NCBI GenBank assembly: GCA_047495785.1
Contig: JBLDXI010000045.1
Location: 682,001-746,000, forward strand
Length of the DNA stretch: 64,000 bases
Direction of reading: 5' to 3'
DNA from: Lepidodermella squamata
Lineage: Eukaryota > Animalia > Gastrotricha
In this document: positions 24,483 through 36,902 of the stretch, piece after piece
How the letters are laid out: the number at the start of each line of letters is the position of its first letter
Numbering within the stretch: position 1 is the first letter of the stretch
The notes under the pieces: generated by a model
The model's database searches: none
What the model was told of the DNA's origin: nothing
Seen by the model: only the letters and a program-made list of their open reading frames with translations
Translations under genes and position numbers: made by a program

Positions 24483-26495
24483 ATGAATAATGGCGGAATC
24501 GGCAGTGGAAATCGAAGTCTTGTTATCGGTTTCTTGAACGGCCACAAACCGAAGAATTACGTGCAGAAGAACTACGAGCAGCTGCAACTCGCGATATCAC
24601 AGGCGAACAATGAGTCCCGCCGGGCTGAACGACGAGTCGAAAATTTGGAGGCGCAGAATCGGGCGGCGATCGAGCTGCAACTCGACGCAATGCATCAACG
24701 AATCTGGCTCAAAGAATGGGAACGGCTGTGCGGTTTCCGCGCTCGATTTCAGCGAGATGTCGACGAAGTTCTGCAGATTATTTCGCTGATCCCTCGCGGT
24801 GAAGATCGAACTCTTTTCGAACTGGTAGAGCAGCAGGAAGAGCTGGATGAGTCAACTCGAGATAAATTCCAGAAATCAACCCTTGCGCCAATTGAAGAAT
24901 TTTGCGAAGACATTCAATACTGGGTGAAAAATCGGCGAAGAGACGCGTCGTTAGGCCAAGATCCGAATCTCATTCGACAAACTTTCGACTCAATTAAATC
25001 CCAACAGCTCGACTTGCTAGCGAATATGGAGGAAGAGCAAAAGCAACTGGAACGAATGCTGAAAATTCGAGGTCTGAATGGCGAATTTGAAGACGCTGAT
25101 GATGAAGATATCGATTTTGAAGAAAATGAATCGCCGTCGACTGCTCGTAGTGACATGACCATGATAATTCCGAGCCGGTTGCCGATTCCTGACGACATTT
25201 TAGACGCGAGAGAAATCGAGGGCGACGTCAAAGAGTTTCTTCTTCGAGAATTCTGTGATTTGGATGATTGTTTCCATGAACATATTTCTGTACTGTACGA
25301 GCGAGTCCGGCGTCTCCGAAACCAGGTCAAATCAACCGAGGAGCAATTGAGTTCGAATTCGCTGCTGAAAGTTGTTTGTGAGAACCCGGGCGAGGTCGAT
25401 CCGTGGAAGCTGCTGGTTTTTGAGGCCGTCTACCGCCGAGCGCCGCAAGACATGCCGAAGTCGTGGTACGCCCTCTACATTCATTTCCTCCACTTGCTGT
25501 ACCCAAGGCACAAACGCTGGCAATTATCGCAATTTGCGGCCTTGGTTCACCAGTACGTCGCAATGAAAAAACGAACGAAAATTGTTATGGTTGACTGGCG
25601 GCGGGCTCATGCGGAGTTGTGCGACCGAGTTCGTGATACATTAGCGCAAATGGCGGAAAAAATGCGGGAAGCTCATAAGCGAAGTATCGATTTGGCCGAG
25701 CAGCGAAAATTATGTGCGCAGCTAGCCGAGCAAGTCAACAACTGGCGGAGGCTGAAACTTGAAGAAGCAAAACTCGTTCAAGAAATTGAAATGGCGAAAA
25801 CTGCAGCAGAGGCCGAGCAGATGGCCGCAGAGGAAGAGCGACGAAAAGAAGAAGTCCGCCTTAAAAAAGAGAAAATTGCCAAATTTAAGGAGGACAAAAC
25901 GCAGAAGCGACTCGATGAAATGCGAAAGGCCGAGGAACGATTGGCAGAGGTGAAAAGGCAACTGGCTGCTCAAGCTGACATCGACTGGGAACGAATCAAA
26001 TTTCGGGAATGTTTAATTGCTGAGAAGCAACATGAAAAGCAGGAAAAGCAGCGGTTGACCGAGCAAGAAGAGGCTGAAAAGGAAGAACGGCTAGAGGCGC
26101 TGCGAAAGTTGGTTCGAGTCGAAGCTCCGTCAAATTTGGCGAGGACTTTTGGCGACACGGAAACGTGGCGAAATCACGATGATCGTTACCTGAAAATGGT
26201 TCGAGCCGAACAGCATATGGAGAACGAGGCGTGGTTCGATTCGAAACCGTTATTCTCAAACCCTGGATTTTCTTCGAAACAAATCATGTCTGATAAGCGA
26301 ATTCAGCTCGAGCAAAAGTTGCGTGAAACTGGGCTTATTGCGAGTGAATATGGACGGCGGTTGGTCGCGCAAATGAAACCACCAACAGTGACCAGGAGAG
26401 ACCAGCTGGGCACATTGGGTGTTGGTGACCTGTTACCGCCGCCTCCAATGCAAAACAGAACTCAAGATCCTTATTATTTTCAGCCTAATCGATAG
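24483..26495 (+). CDS. CCDC148: Coiled-coil domain-containing protein 148-like
   Basis: Intronless 670 aa. HQRIWLKEWERL, a long E/K/R coiled coil, and C-terminal KPLF..GF...QIMSDKRIQLEQKLRETGL..SEYG match recalled CCDC148 features. Confidence 0.8.
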   Translation: MNNGGIGSGNRSLVIGFLNGHKPKNYVQKNYEQLQLAISQANNESRRAERRVENLEAQNRAAIELQLDAMHQRIWLKEWERLCGFRARFQRDVDEVLQIISLIPRGEDRTLFELVEQQEELDESTRDKFQKSTLAPIEEFCEDIQYWVKNRRRDASLGQDPNLIRQTFDSIKSQQLDLLANMEEEQKQLERMLKIRGLNGEFEDADDEDIDFEENESPSTARSDMTMIIPSRLPIPDDILDAREIEGDVKEFLLREFCDLDDCFHEHISVLYERVRRLRNQVKSTEEQLSSNSLLKVVCENPGEVDPWKLLVFEAVYRRAPQDMPKSWYALYIHFLHLLYPRHKRWQLSQFAALVHQYVAMKKRTKIVMVDWRRAHAELCDRVRDTLAQMAEKMREAHKRSIDLAEQRKLCAQLAEQVNNWRRLKLEEAKLVQEIEMAKTAAEAEQMAAEEERRKEEVRLKKEKIAKFKEDKTQKRLDEMRKAEERLAEVKRQLAAQADIDWERIKFRECLIAEKQHEKQEKQRLTEQEEAEKEERLEALRKLVRVEAPSNLARTFGDTETWRNHDDRYLKMVRAEQHMENEAWFDSKPLFSNPGFSSKQIMSDKRIQLEQKLRETGLIASEYGRRLVAQMKPPTVTRRDQLGTLGVGDLLPPPPMQNRTQDPYYFQPNR

Positions 26496-26657
26496 ATTTT
26501 TTATTCAATTATTTCTGTGATTTTTCATCTCACGTGATCTCGCTTGAAATTTTACATCCACTCATTTTTGACGATAAAATTGATTAATTTGTTGAGTTTG
26601 ATTTCTTGATATTTTGGTTGCATAGGTTGCTTTTAAAGCAAATAATTGAGCTACAAA

Positions 26658-26878
26658 ATGGGTCACACCTCGATCTACTACGCTCACCCTCGCCGTTTCG
26701 GTCCGGGCTCTCGTCAATGGTTGGTTAATTTTTGTGATTTCATTAGTGTAATTATCGATTTTTTCACAGCCGAGTTTGTTTCAACCACCACGGTCTTATC
26801 CGTAAATACGGCCTTAACTTGTGCCGTCGGTGCTTCCGCGAGTACGCCCCGGTCATCGGCTTCAGGAAGCTCGACTGA
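26658..26878 (+). CDS. RPS29: 40S ribosomal protein S29 (uS14)
   Basis: Exons 26658-26719 and 26770-26878 give [56 protein letters not shown]. Confidence 0.98.
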
Positions 26879-27745
26879 GCAGTGGCGAGTGCAGTATCTT
26901 TCAAATTATGTAAAGAAGCAGTCTGTTAGAAAACGTTGAGGAGAGCGGTGTCTATTTCAAAAAATCATCTGCTGTTTTGGAATAAAAATTGAATAAGATT
27001 ACACAAATTCGCTGTTTTGATTATGTTGCAGAATAAAGTCGAGAGATACCATTGATTTCAGTGTTCATTCCGCAGTCGTTTGCGGTTTTTCGAGTTGTCC
27101 CTACAGCTAGTCATTTTATCATTATCTCAAGATGGCCTCCGTAGATTATTACACGCTGTTTTTTCAACCGATTTTCGTTGGCTTATAGTTGCACTGGGAG
27201 TATAAAAAGACAGGGTGGTCCTTGCAGTCCCAGTTACAAATGCGATGAACCAACGCGAAGAGCGTCTGAGATGATTCTTATGCATTACGCGCGCTGCGCA
27301 ATCGATAATTTTTTTTGCGACAATTATAATCAAGGGCCGCATAATAATAATCGTTCGCTTTATTACTACTGTGGCGAAATTCGGCAGTATTGGTAAAAAA
27401 TTGCCCGTATCCATGCAATATTAAGGAGGAGACCAAGTGGAGCATACATCAACGCCGGGTAATAAAAGCGAATGATAGCCCACAATTACGCATCATTTCG
27501 ATCGCAATTTTAATGATTCAACTCGCGCGAACAAACAGAACTACCGCGCTATCAAAAGGCCAGCCTCCGCCGCTATCGATCAATGCTTTTTGTCCATCCA
27601 GGCACCTGTCGGAACACTAGCGCGTATATGATAAAAGACCTGGCAGTTTCAAATTGTTTCACCAATGATTTTATTTTTGATACCTATGAATATGATTCGG
27701 AGGGCAAAAATTAAGATTTGCAAATCTGATGGCGAGTTTCATTCT

Positions 27746-28060
27746 TCAAATTGGAATAGCAGCAGGCTCTTTTACCGGGTCGGAATGTCTCGGTCGCGTT
27801 AATATCGGTATCACTGTAAGCCTCACGATTTTCGACTTTCGATGAGCCCCCTTAATAATGACAAATATTGACTGAACAAACGGACTGTACACCGGAGCTA
27901 ACGAAGATAGCCAGTAGCTTTTTGTTGGCAGTATTGGAGGCACGTGGATTTTTTTGTCAACGTTGAGTTGCGCCGACAGGGTGACGAACATGATGAGGAA
28001 TATGAGACCGTTGATCAGGTAGAAAACTAGGATAGACAAAAAGCTGAGTGACGTGAGGTT
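27746..28060 (-). other. Orphan exon-like segment encoding two hydrophobic helices (possible membrane-protein/7TM C-terminal fragment)
   Basis: After acag| the frame reads NLTSLSFLSILVFYLINGLIFLIMFVTL...YWLSSLAPVYSPFVQSIFVII. No convincing start codon or upstream exon was found. Confidence 0.3.
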
Positions 28061-28223
28061 CTGTGTTTATCAAATTTTTGCATTTTTGGCCTTTCTTTTT
28101 AATTTCCACGTGAATTGTGAAGAAAAACTCTCACTCTATCTATACTAATAAAAAAACCCAGCTTAAAAATTACTTTGCACTTTTATTACAACCAGTTATA
28201 GAGCAAAAAATAAGCAGTCACAA

Positions 28224-31162
28224 TCACTGTTCATCAGAATGGAACCGCAAAAAGTTGGCGTGTAGCCTGAAATTAGCGTAATCAGCGTGATCAACTGGCA
28301 AAATTGGCATGTCCTGGTCATCAGGCGACGTGCTATTGCGGTTGACGTAGACTAGAGGAAAACGCAGCACCCACAGATTATTCGGCGCCAGCGGTACTTC
28401 AGTGTCTTCTATTTCCTCAGCGCCATCAGGCTGCAGCGGCGAGAAAACGAAGCTGCGAGATGCTTGAACTCGAACGGCTAACGAAATTCCGACGCTGGAC
28501 GGCGATTGAGGCGGGACAAGGACGTAAACTCGCATCAACTGGCCGGATGACGGCGATTTGGTCGGACATTGACAACATGAAATGAACAGAGGGACGTCAG
28601 ATAGGCACAACGCAGGCGGGATGGGTTGTTCGGCAGGTGCAGCGCGGCCAGCCCCGCCGCCCCGGGCGCTACCGCCACCGCCGCCCATCGACGGCGAGTT
28701 GCCGCTTTGATTCAGCGGAATTCGTTGAGCTTTCTCAGGAGTTTCAATAAGGAATCGATGACCCTTTGGGCACTCGAATTCAACGCCTAGGTAGGCGACA
28801 ACAGCCGGGCCCATTGCCGGGCCTGGGGTGCCTCGAGACGGCGTTTGACCGCGCCCAGCCGCCGGTCCTGGTTTGCTAACATTAATCGGCTCGCCGTTTT
28901 GGCCGATTCCAATCGGGTATAAATAATGAGCGCCATTTACAAAACCAGCGTACTCAGCCAGACCGCGATTCATATTGTAAACAGAAAACGAACCCAGGCT
29001 GAGCAGGGACCAAAAACTAGGTCCAATTTTAGCGGGCGATGTTGGCGACAGCGACATGGTAGGACTCGCATCGTCCTCTCCGCTCGAGACTTCGGCTTCA
29101 TCTGCACCGCCGTTATCGACATCAGAGGCCGCGTCGCTCGAATAAGGCGTATTTTTCACAGCAGCCGGCTTCGGCTTCGATTTCGGCCTCATTTTACGAG
29201 TATGCAGGGCTAGGTGAGTTAGATTGTGACAGCATTCTTCCTCGAGATGATGATAAAACTCGTAGTTGGCTTCCAAACTCGTGAACGGGTCATCACGTTC
29301 TGCTTGGCTGTAAACAGAAAAAGATGGTTGAAATGGATGAAATAAGTCATTCCAACTTCCTTGGAAAATCTCGATAAAGATCCTTAAAAATGGCGCACTT
29401 GCATAGATAAAACTTTTGAAATTTGAAATTGAAATGAAAGGATCATCAAAACTGAAATTGAAAAATCATTAATTTACGACTACTGGGTGGAAATTCGAAT
29501 TTCGAAAATTAACCCTCAATTTTAGAAGCAATTTATATTCCGATCGAATTGGCTAAATTTCATTTTTTCGATTTAAACATTTTCAAGTCGGACAGGAGGA
29601 AAATAAAAAGAAGCTTACATTTTACCGCAATTGCAAGCCGCTTTAGTGATCATATTGCAGGCATGATTTCGCACAGGTAGCCGCTCTTCTTCGTCATTCA
29701 ATGGCTCCTCGCCAGGCAGGCGATGAAGCGGCAACGTACACACCGAACCGAAAATACTGATGCGTTCACACAGCCGCCGTTCGACAGAAAACACCCCGTT
29801 GCAATACGACTCAAGCTGCGCGACGTATCGATCGGTCAGCGTCGAATTTCGCGCTTTGTTCAGGAAATGGTCACGTGCCGCCGCGAGTCGCTCGTCGTGC
29901 AATGCCGACGAGTAGTAACGCGGCAGACCCTCAGCGTACATGGTCTTCGCAGAATCCAACGCCTGCTTGCAGAGTGTCTCCGCAAACGAGCTATTCACGA
30001 ACAAAAATCGATCTACGCAGCGGATGAGCGCTTGAGAAACCGACAGCGCCTTATCCAAGGCGATGAACGACCGCACCCAATCGCGTAGTGAACACATGTG
30101 GGGCGAATTCGCCGAGGCAGACGCTGCTCGAACGTTCTCAGTTTGCAGCTGATCAACGTGTCTGAAAATGAAATCTCTCGTTCTTTGAAACGAATTCAGC
30201 ACAGGCTTTGGCGCAGCTGGTGTCGGTTGATTCTTCGAAGAACCAGCCGATTTTGCGTTAATCGACTGAGTTATCATACCCATCAAAACTGCATTCGCGC
30301 CAGATAAACTTTCACTGGCCGGTGAAGTGTCAGCGTGAACTATTACAGCGACGAATTCTTCGTTATTCGGGATGGAAACCAGGCCCTTAGTCGCTACATT
30401 AGGGTGGACAATATGAGCGTGTCGTAGAATTCGATAGGTTTGATCCTCTAGAGCGTGTCTCATATCCCGAATTCGTTTGGTAACACTATCAGTCCCAGGC
30501 ATGTTCGTCACATTAATTCGCCGGCAGTCGAAAACGAACAGAAGGCGCGGAACTGCGAGCCGGCCCGCATTGACGACCGGATTCGGGAAACAATGCAGTT
30601 TTTTGAGGGTCTCACTGCGTAAACTAGACGTTTTTTGACATGCTTGCCACAACGCCTTGAAAATCGTCACGTAACGAAGCGACAAAGTCGGACACGGGTC
30701 GATGCACACCAGAATATGCGACAATGTGAATAAAACACTGAGATACCGGAAAATTTCAGTTTCTTCCGCCTTCTGAGCGCCAGTGGATGAGGCGGAAAGT
30801 TGGAAAAAAGTGACTGGTAACCCGACGATTAAAACTAAGGTGGATCGTTCTGCGACAAAAACTGCTTCGACCTCGGGTAAATTTGAGGTCGATTTTTCGC
30901 CATCTCTGATTTTACGATGCTGTAATTGGACATCGCCCAGCACCTCGCCGATTTGAAACGGGTCGAGGCAGGCTGCGGAGGAAACAGCGTTCAGCGCCAA
31001 AGCAGCGGCGGATTGATCGGTTTTCCCGAAAATTGTCACGACACATATGCCCTTTGAATCGCTTGGTTCAAGATTTTGGAATGAAGAACCGAGTGCGACA
31101 GAAATTTTCGATCTCAGAGTTTGGAACAACTGCTCGCAATCGATTGATGAATCATCGGACAT
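28224..31162 (-). CDS. SMG8: Nonsense-mediated decay factor SMG8
   Basis: Exons 31162-29619 and 29307-28224. CVVTIFGK, LFTLSHILV, GRLAVPRLLFVF, HALEDQTYRILR, CNCGKIQAERDDPF..EANYEFY, GVEFECPKGHRF, QLMRVYV, LWVLRFPLVY. Confidence 0.92.
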
Positions 31163-31316
31163 TTTTTCTCATAAAAATTCTAAGAAAAAAGTTGAAAATA
31201 ACAAATCACTGAATTAATTTGACTGGAACAAGCAGTAGTTGCAAAAGCAATCACGTGGAAGAGCGAATCTTCTCAGATCAGCATTCGAAATGTGAGAAAC
31301 TCGTTATATCAAAAAG

Positions 31317-34300
31317 TTAAAATTTGGAGTAATAGGAAACAATTTTCTTAGATACGGCCGGTCCCAATTTTCTCGTGCCGATTTTCAACGTAGCCAGAGT
31401 TTTTTCGCAGTCAGATTCGTTTGTTGAGCAGGCCTCGAGAAGCGCGGCCGGAATAGGAAATAGCGAGGTAATCGTAATAGCACGGTCCGGTGACACACCT
31501 TGAATGCACATCAGCTGCCGAGCGAAAATCTCGCGAACATTCATCGGTCTGCGTTTCGACGACGCCGCATTCCACTCGCCGAATCGCGCCGGGTTCGAAA
31601 CCGGATGGGCTAACAAAGCACTCTTCTCCTCGTCAGAAACAGCGTAAGCGTAACGACATTTCGCAGCTACTTTGTTCATGGCTGTATCGATATGGCGCGT
31701 TAAGGCGGCGAGCATAACTGCGGTGTGATGCCCGTCTCGAGTCATTTTCAGCTCGAAATCGTCGATCAAAAGCGTGTTTATCACCGTTTGAAGCAATGAG
31801 CTAGGGTTGATAGACAACCGCCAGCCAGCGGTATTAGCGGCCCAAGCTGTGAATTCTTCGACTAGATACACAGTTTTAGGTCGCCCGCTGTTTCTCATTC
31901 GAGCTTTTTGTTCCTTGAAACGGCCGTCGATCACAGAACTAACTAGATCGTCGATTCGCTTACGTTCCATGACATAATCAAGAACTATGTCTTCACCACT
32001 CGGCCCGGTCGAGGCGCCTGGTTTCCGCCTGAGCACCCACAAATAATCGCCGACAGATAGACGTCGCACCTCAGTTCGAACGCCGAGTTTCATCAATTCA
32101 GTAATGAGATTCTTCTTACTCGCAGTACCGTAGTATTCTTGGTTATCGACACATAGGACGATTTCCCACGGGTAAGAACCAGTTTTATCGATATCACTGG
32201 AAAGCAGTTGATAGACCTCATCGACCAGAGCCGAATCAGTTACCAGGGGTTGGCGGGAGGAATTTGAGGCAGTTGAAGCGGTTCTTACCATTTTCGGGAC
32301 GTAAGAGCTCGATGAAGATGCGGTCGACGAAGTTCGAACCATTGAAGGCATCGGTTGCGATGGTGCAGGTGGTTTCGGCATTGCAGTTGAGTTCGCACGG
32401 GGTAGACTTGGTTGGGACGAAGAGATCGGTTTTCGACGCGGCGCGTCTTCGTCTGAGCCACTACTCTCATCTCTGACATAGGTCGATAAAATTTTTGTGG
32501 ATGCCGAAGCGATTGATGAGCTTTTCTTTGGAGCGGGCGGTTTTGGTGCCGCTTTTGCCGCTGGTTTTGGCTCACTAGTTCCAGGCTCGTTTTGAATATC
32601 AGCTACACCTTGGGAGAAATTATTAAAATTTAAATTTCGCGACCGTCAAGGCTGAAAAATTTGCTCGAAACAACTATTTTTGAATTTCCAAATTTTTAGT
32701 TGATTATAATTTCAACCAGTCTTTCGACTTTAGTTGATTTAGTGATTTAGAGACCAATCGGCCTTAGCGTAATTAATGATCAATTCCCACGAAATTTCGA
32801 GCTATCGAAGCTTTCGCCGAGGCGAGGAAAAAAGTGTCATCGATGCTTTTCGGGCGGATGAAGGTATGTTTCATCGTTGGCTCTTACCCACTGTTAACCC
32901 ACTCCCGAAAATAGATGTGTTGTCTCGGAAGACGATTTAAACGCCGCTACTGTTCAAACGCAGTACAACTGTCCGATGTATTACCGCTATTACCTAGTTC
33001 AATTCAATGCCATCAAAATGGTCGCTGTAGTAGAAAGCTCCGGTGGTCAATCAAATCACCCTAATAAGGCCTCTGAAATGTGCGATAATTTCAAGCACGG
33101 TGACTCGCTGAAGGTGGAAGGAGGAAGCACGGGTGTTGTCAACATAACCAAGGCATTTGAAAACGTTCTACGACGCTAATGATTAACTGAAAGCTCGCTA
33201 CACAATCTTGAGAAAGAATGTCCAAGGTGACCACTTTTTACCTGAAAGCGATTAATGATGATCCTGTAATTCCGGTGTCAATGAAAAGGCGGGAAAAGGC
33301 CACCAGAGAGCTTGCGACCTGCGAAATTTCGAAACAATTCAATCCTGACCTTTACAAGAATTTCTACAAAATGTCAATGGAAGACGAGCTGCAACACTCC
33401 GTTTATAAAGCCATTTGTGATATGGAGGTTTTCCGTTGCGAAGCCAGGAAGTTTGAAAGGGCACTTGCAAGGGAATCCATTGTTCTCGCGTGGAACCAGG
33501 TTCGCTTCCAGAAACATCCCTTTTTTAATCAGATAAACATCGACCGGCTGGTCAGCCAAGATTGGCTTCGCAGTGCAACAAGACACCGCAAGTTCGTCTT
33601 TGTGCAATACGTGTCAGAATCTTTTCTGCGGAAGATGCCGCGAAACTTGGGATCGATTAAATCCGACTGCCAATGGCCGATCGGCGGATGGCTATTTCAA
33701 GGTTAGTGTCTGGTTTCTAATTAATTTTTCTATATATCATTTTCATGGCATGAAGATCCTTGGGTAACGAGAACAGCCCATGGCATTAAGATCCTTGGGT
33801 AACGAGAACAGGTAACGAGGGTAACGAGGGCTGACACCCAGCATCGCGAATTACATGGTCAGCCATGGTCCTACCCTCTCAGCGCGGGCACAGTTGTCCT
33901 CGTCAACCGCTTCAAGTTCGTGGTTAAAGAGCGCCGTAAAGACGGCAGGCGCGTGGCATGCTGCGCCTACAAAGGCTGCAACGCCAAAGTTGTCGGCCGT
34001 TTGCTGGACGACGATTTTGAAATTGACGGCAACAGTCCTCGGCACGACCATCTACCAGTGACTGGAAGTCAGATCTCCACGCTCAAAGTAAACGTCAAGC
34101 TCAAGGTAACATATTTATTTCCACTACCGCCAGCGTAAAACCATCGAAGCCCTCGAATACGATGCCGCCTTAAAAAGCCTGCTACACTGCTAACGATTGT
34201 CGCCAACTTGTATAACATAACCATGCTTCAAATATTTTGTTTTTAATTAGTTATCTATTGGTTTGACCTCCCGAAACTCAGAAAAGAGCTCAACAATCAG

Positions 34301-35404
34301 CGAGGCTGGGTTCAACCTCGTGCTCATGATAAAGAGCAAGAATCGGAGCAAACTGACGAATTATCACCTTTCGAACCTGATGCGCGCTGCGGTTGAATCA
34401 AACTATAGTCCTCGGTTTGAAAAATTGGCTCGTGAGCGAGTAGAATGAACGTAAAATGAATATCATGACTGAACAGTTCGCTGCATTACTGATATCAAAT
34501 GTGAAAATTGAAAATATGCACTACCTTAAATCGTTTATCGTAGGAATAAAAATGCACTACCGAAAAACGCCAAAATTTTGGAGAAACCACTTTTTGAGTC
34601 GATAAAGGTTTAGTTCTGAGAACCGCTGCCATAAATGAATGAATAAATCACAATACCTGCTTGAAGCCGTTGAGCCAATTCTTTACCGCTATCAGACAAA
34701 TGGTACTTGGCAGGATTGCCTTCTTTGATGACGTAGCCCTTCTTGATCAATGTGGACATGGACGACCAAGCTGTGTAGAAGAAGGCGTTAGCTGTTGGAA
34801 CTCCGCCTCTCGCTTGCGGTTTGAATGAAGTATCGCAGTTGGGCTGAGCAGCTTCAACCAACTCATTTTTCGTCATGTAATTCCGCGTAGCATTAGGATC
34901 TTCTGAATGCTCGAGGAGCGCAATCATAATCGCGAAACCGCCCGAACGATAAGCTGGCATGTATTCCTTAGGCTGCCGACCCGTAGTAGATCGGGGTTTT
35001 TTCTTAGAAGAAACCTGGGGCGATCCTTCGATGCCACTTTGATCCGAATCGACAGCGTGGGTGTGTTTTATAGCTTTGGGCGCCGTTCGTTTAGGGGTAG
35101 CTTTAGCAGGGGGTGGCGCGGGCGGTTCGTCGTCCCAAGTATCGTTAACAACCGGGGCAGTTTGGCTGGAGCCAGGGTTCTTTTTCTCCTGCTTCATTCG
35201 CTTATCGATCATTTGACACAAAGCGGGGCCGAAGTTTTTCAAAATTTGAGCCTCATTTCCCGATTGGAGCGGCAGCGGGTAGGCCCTGAGCGAAATTAGC
35301 GCTTTCGCAAACGTGTGCTGAGACTGATGGCCTTTCGTTTTCGCCTCATCTCGCCACTCGGCCAGCCATGCTTCAATGTGAGCGTTCGGACGGTTTGTGG
35401 CCAT
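31317..35404 (-). CDS. MUS81: Crossover junction endonuclease MUS81
   Basis: Exon 1 (35404-34657): N-terminal HhH (KALISLRAYPLPL, FGPALCQMI) and winged helix (YMPAYRSGGFAI, YTAWSSMSTLIKKG). Exon 2 (32608-31317): ERCC4 nuclease (VGDYLW, VMERKRIDDL, DGRFKEQK) and HhH2. Separated by a 2048-nt GT-AG intron. Confidence 0.94.
32976..34448 (+). mobile_element. Decayed composite insertion inside the MUS81 intron (IBR-like, FLYWCH-like and hAT-dimerisation-like fragments)
   Basis: CNTCQNLFCGRCRETW (IBR-like, about 33600); VLVNRFKF..CCAYKGCNAKV..HDHLP (FLYWCH-like, about 33890-34060); SEAGFNLVLMIKSKNRSKL..LSNLM (hAT C-terminal-like, about 34300-34390). Fragments lie in different frames with stops. No TIR or TSD was identified. 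Confidence 0.5.
33744..33830. repeat. Direct repeat of about 33 bp plus short GGTAACGAG repeats
   Basis: CATGGCAT(G/T)AAGATCCTTGGGTAACGAGAACAG occurs twice, followed by two further GGTAACGAG copies. Confidence 0.9.
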
Positions 35405-35687
35405 TCAAGTTTTACATCAAGACAAAACCGAGCCTAGTGAATGAAAGTATTCAATTATAATAATTAGATTTCCGGAAAATATATCAGAAAATCATGATTT
35501 TCAGATTTTTAAATAATTTTTAAAATACTCCGATTTAAAAATAAGATAATTCTCATTTATTTTTTTCCATTTTTTTGCGTGATGAAAAACTATGATTATC
35601 GAACGCAGACAACCAAGAATAATGAGGAAAGCGGTTCAAGAGGCACATAAGCGCGAAAAGAAAGGAGGGCATTTTTGATATAATTAA

Positions 35688-36902
35688 TCAATTAATCAAG
35701 TCACTGATGAACGGCGGCGCTACGTGACCGAGATATTTATGCACCATTTCGACGAAATCGCTCGGTTTGACTTGATCGAAGCTGTTGGGTAAATTCGACA
35801 ATTTGACCGGGTAAGTTTTGCGCGTGGCGCCAGGCACCCGTTGCACGGGATAGGCAGACATAAGCTCAACGCTGGGCAATGCGCTCGACTGAAGGCTGTT
35901 GAACGTGACGTTCAAAAGGCACGACGACGAGTTGCCAACACTGACGAGAAAAACAGCGCTTGAATAACGCCGTTTATCGATATGAACAACTTGAAGACGC
36001 TCGGCGAATAGCTCGAGAACAACACGACGCCTTTCTAGGGATTGCGGGGTTTTAAGGAGGAACGACTGAAACGCCTCGTGATAGCGAGCTGATGTAACAG
36101 AGAACGGCTCGTTCGCATCGATTGACGGAGTTTTGAAGCCGAACTCGTTGAAGAAATCGCGGATAGATTCATTTCTCAGCAGGTGGATTTCAGCTTTGGA
36201 AGACGAAGGCCGCGACGAACATGGTCCAGTGCCGCTTGAAGAGCTGGGCAGCGGCAGGCCCCAGTAAATATAAATAGGACCTTTTGCATCTTGAGGATTA
36301 GAGATAAATTGGTGCGTTTTCGGCGGCAACTGCGGTAATTTTGACAGCGCGTGGAGGTACCAAGTTGGTTTCGAGGCAGAGGCGGAATTCGACGAAGTCA
36401 CCGGAACTTGCTCGAGACAAACCTCCACGTCATCACCAACATCCCCCAAGCAGTCGTTTCTCAGCGTCGGATATTGATAGCGTAATTTCGAGTGCTGATA
36501 ACGCCGAAATGCAGTCAATAACTCACTCACAACACTCTGAAGCTGTTTCGTCAGAGGAACCGAGTGGCCTCCCCATTGACTGAGCGATGTCATTTCAGCT
36601 TCTGGATCTGGGCAGAAATCTTCATCGCTCAAGCAAATGAAGTCGGGTGTTAGAAACGGGTCGTTCAAGTTGAAGAACATTTCGAATTTAACGGTGGTTC
36701 CAGCGTAGGGCAGACGGAGGATGAAACCATTATCGACACCGGCAACGCTTTGATTTCTCGACTCGGCGTAACTTGAGTAAGCGGGCGTGACTTCGACTTG
36801 GGCGTCTGAAACTCCATACCGGCAATCGTTAAGCTCGGATATCATTGCGGCGAGCAAGACCGAAGTATCTGCGGTCTTTGGTCGAGATTTTATGGAGGAC
36901 AT
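35688..36902 (-). CDS. BABAM2: BRISC/BRCA1-A complex member 2 (BRE/BRCC45)
   Basis: FILRLPYAGTTVKFEMFFN..PFLTPDFI..DEDFCPD..SLSQW matches the BRE UEV-like N-domain. Intronless. Confidence 0.82.
   Translation of the reverse strand: MSSIKSRPKTADTSVLLAAMISELNDCRYGVSDAQVEVTPAYSSYAESRNQSVAGVDNGFILRLPYAGTTVKFEMFFNLNDPFLTPDFICLSDEDFCPDPEAEMTSLSQWGGHSVPLTKQLQSVVSELLTAFRRYQHSKLRYQYPTLRNDCLGDVGDDVEVCLEQVPVTSSNSASASKPTWYLHALSKLPQLPPKTHQFISNPQDAKGPIYIYWGLPLPSSSSGTGPCSSRPSSSKAEIHLLRNESIRDFFNEFGFKTPSIDANEPFSVTSARYHEAFQSFLLKTPQSLERRRVVLELFAERLQVVHIDKRRYSSAVFLVSVGNSSSCLLNVTFNSLQSSALPSVELMSAYPVQRVPGATRKTYPVKLSNLPNSFDQVKPSDFVEMVHKYLGHVAPPFISDLIN

Noticed and set aside
33744-33830. Direct repeats considered as a CRISPR-like array
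   Set aside because: Only two full copies, no spacers, eukaryotic context and no cas genes.
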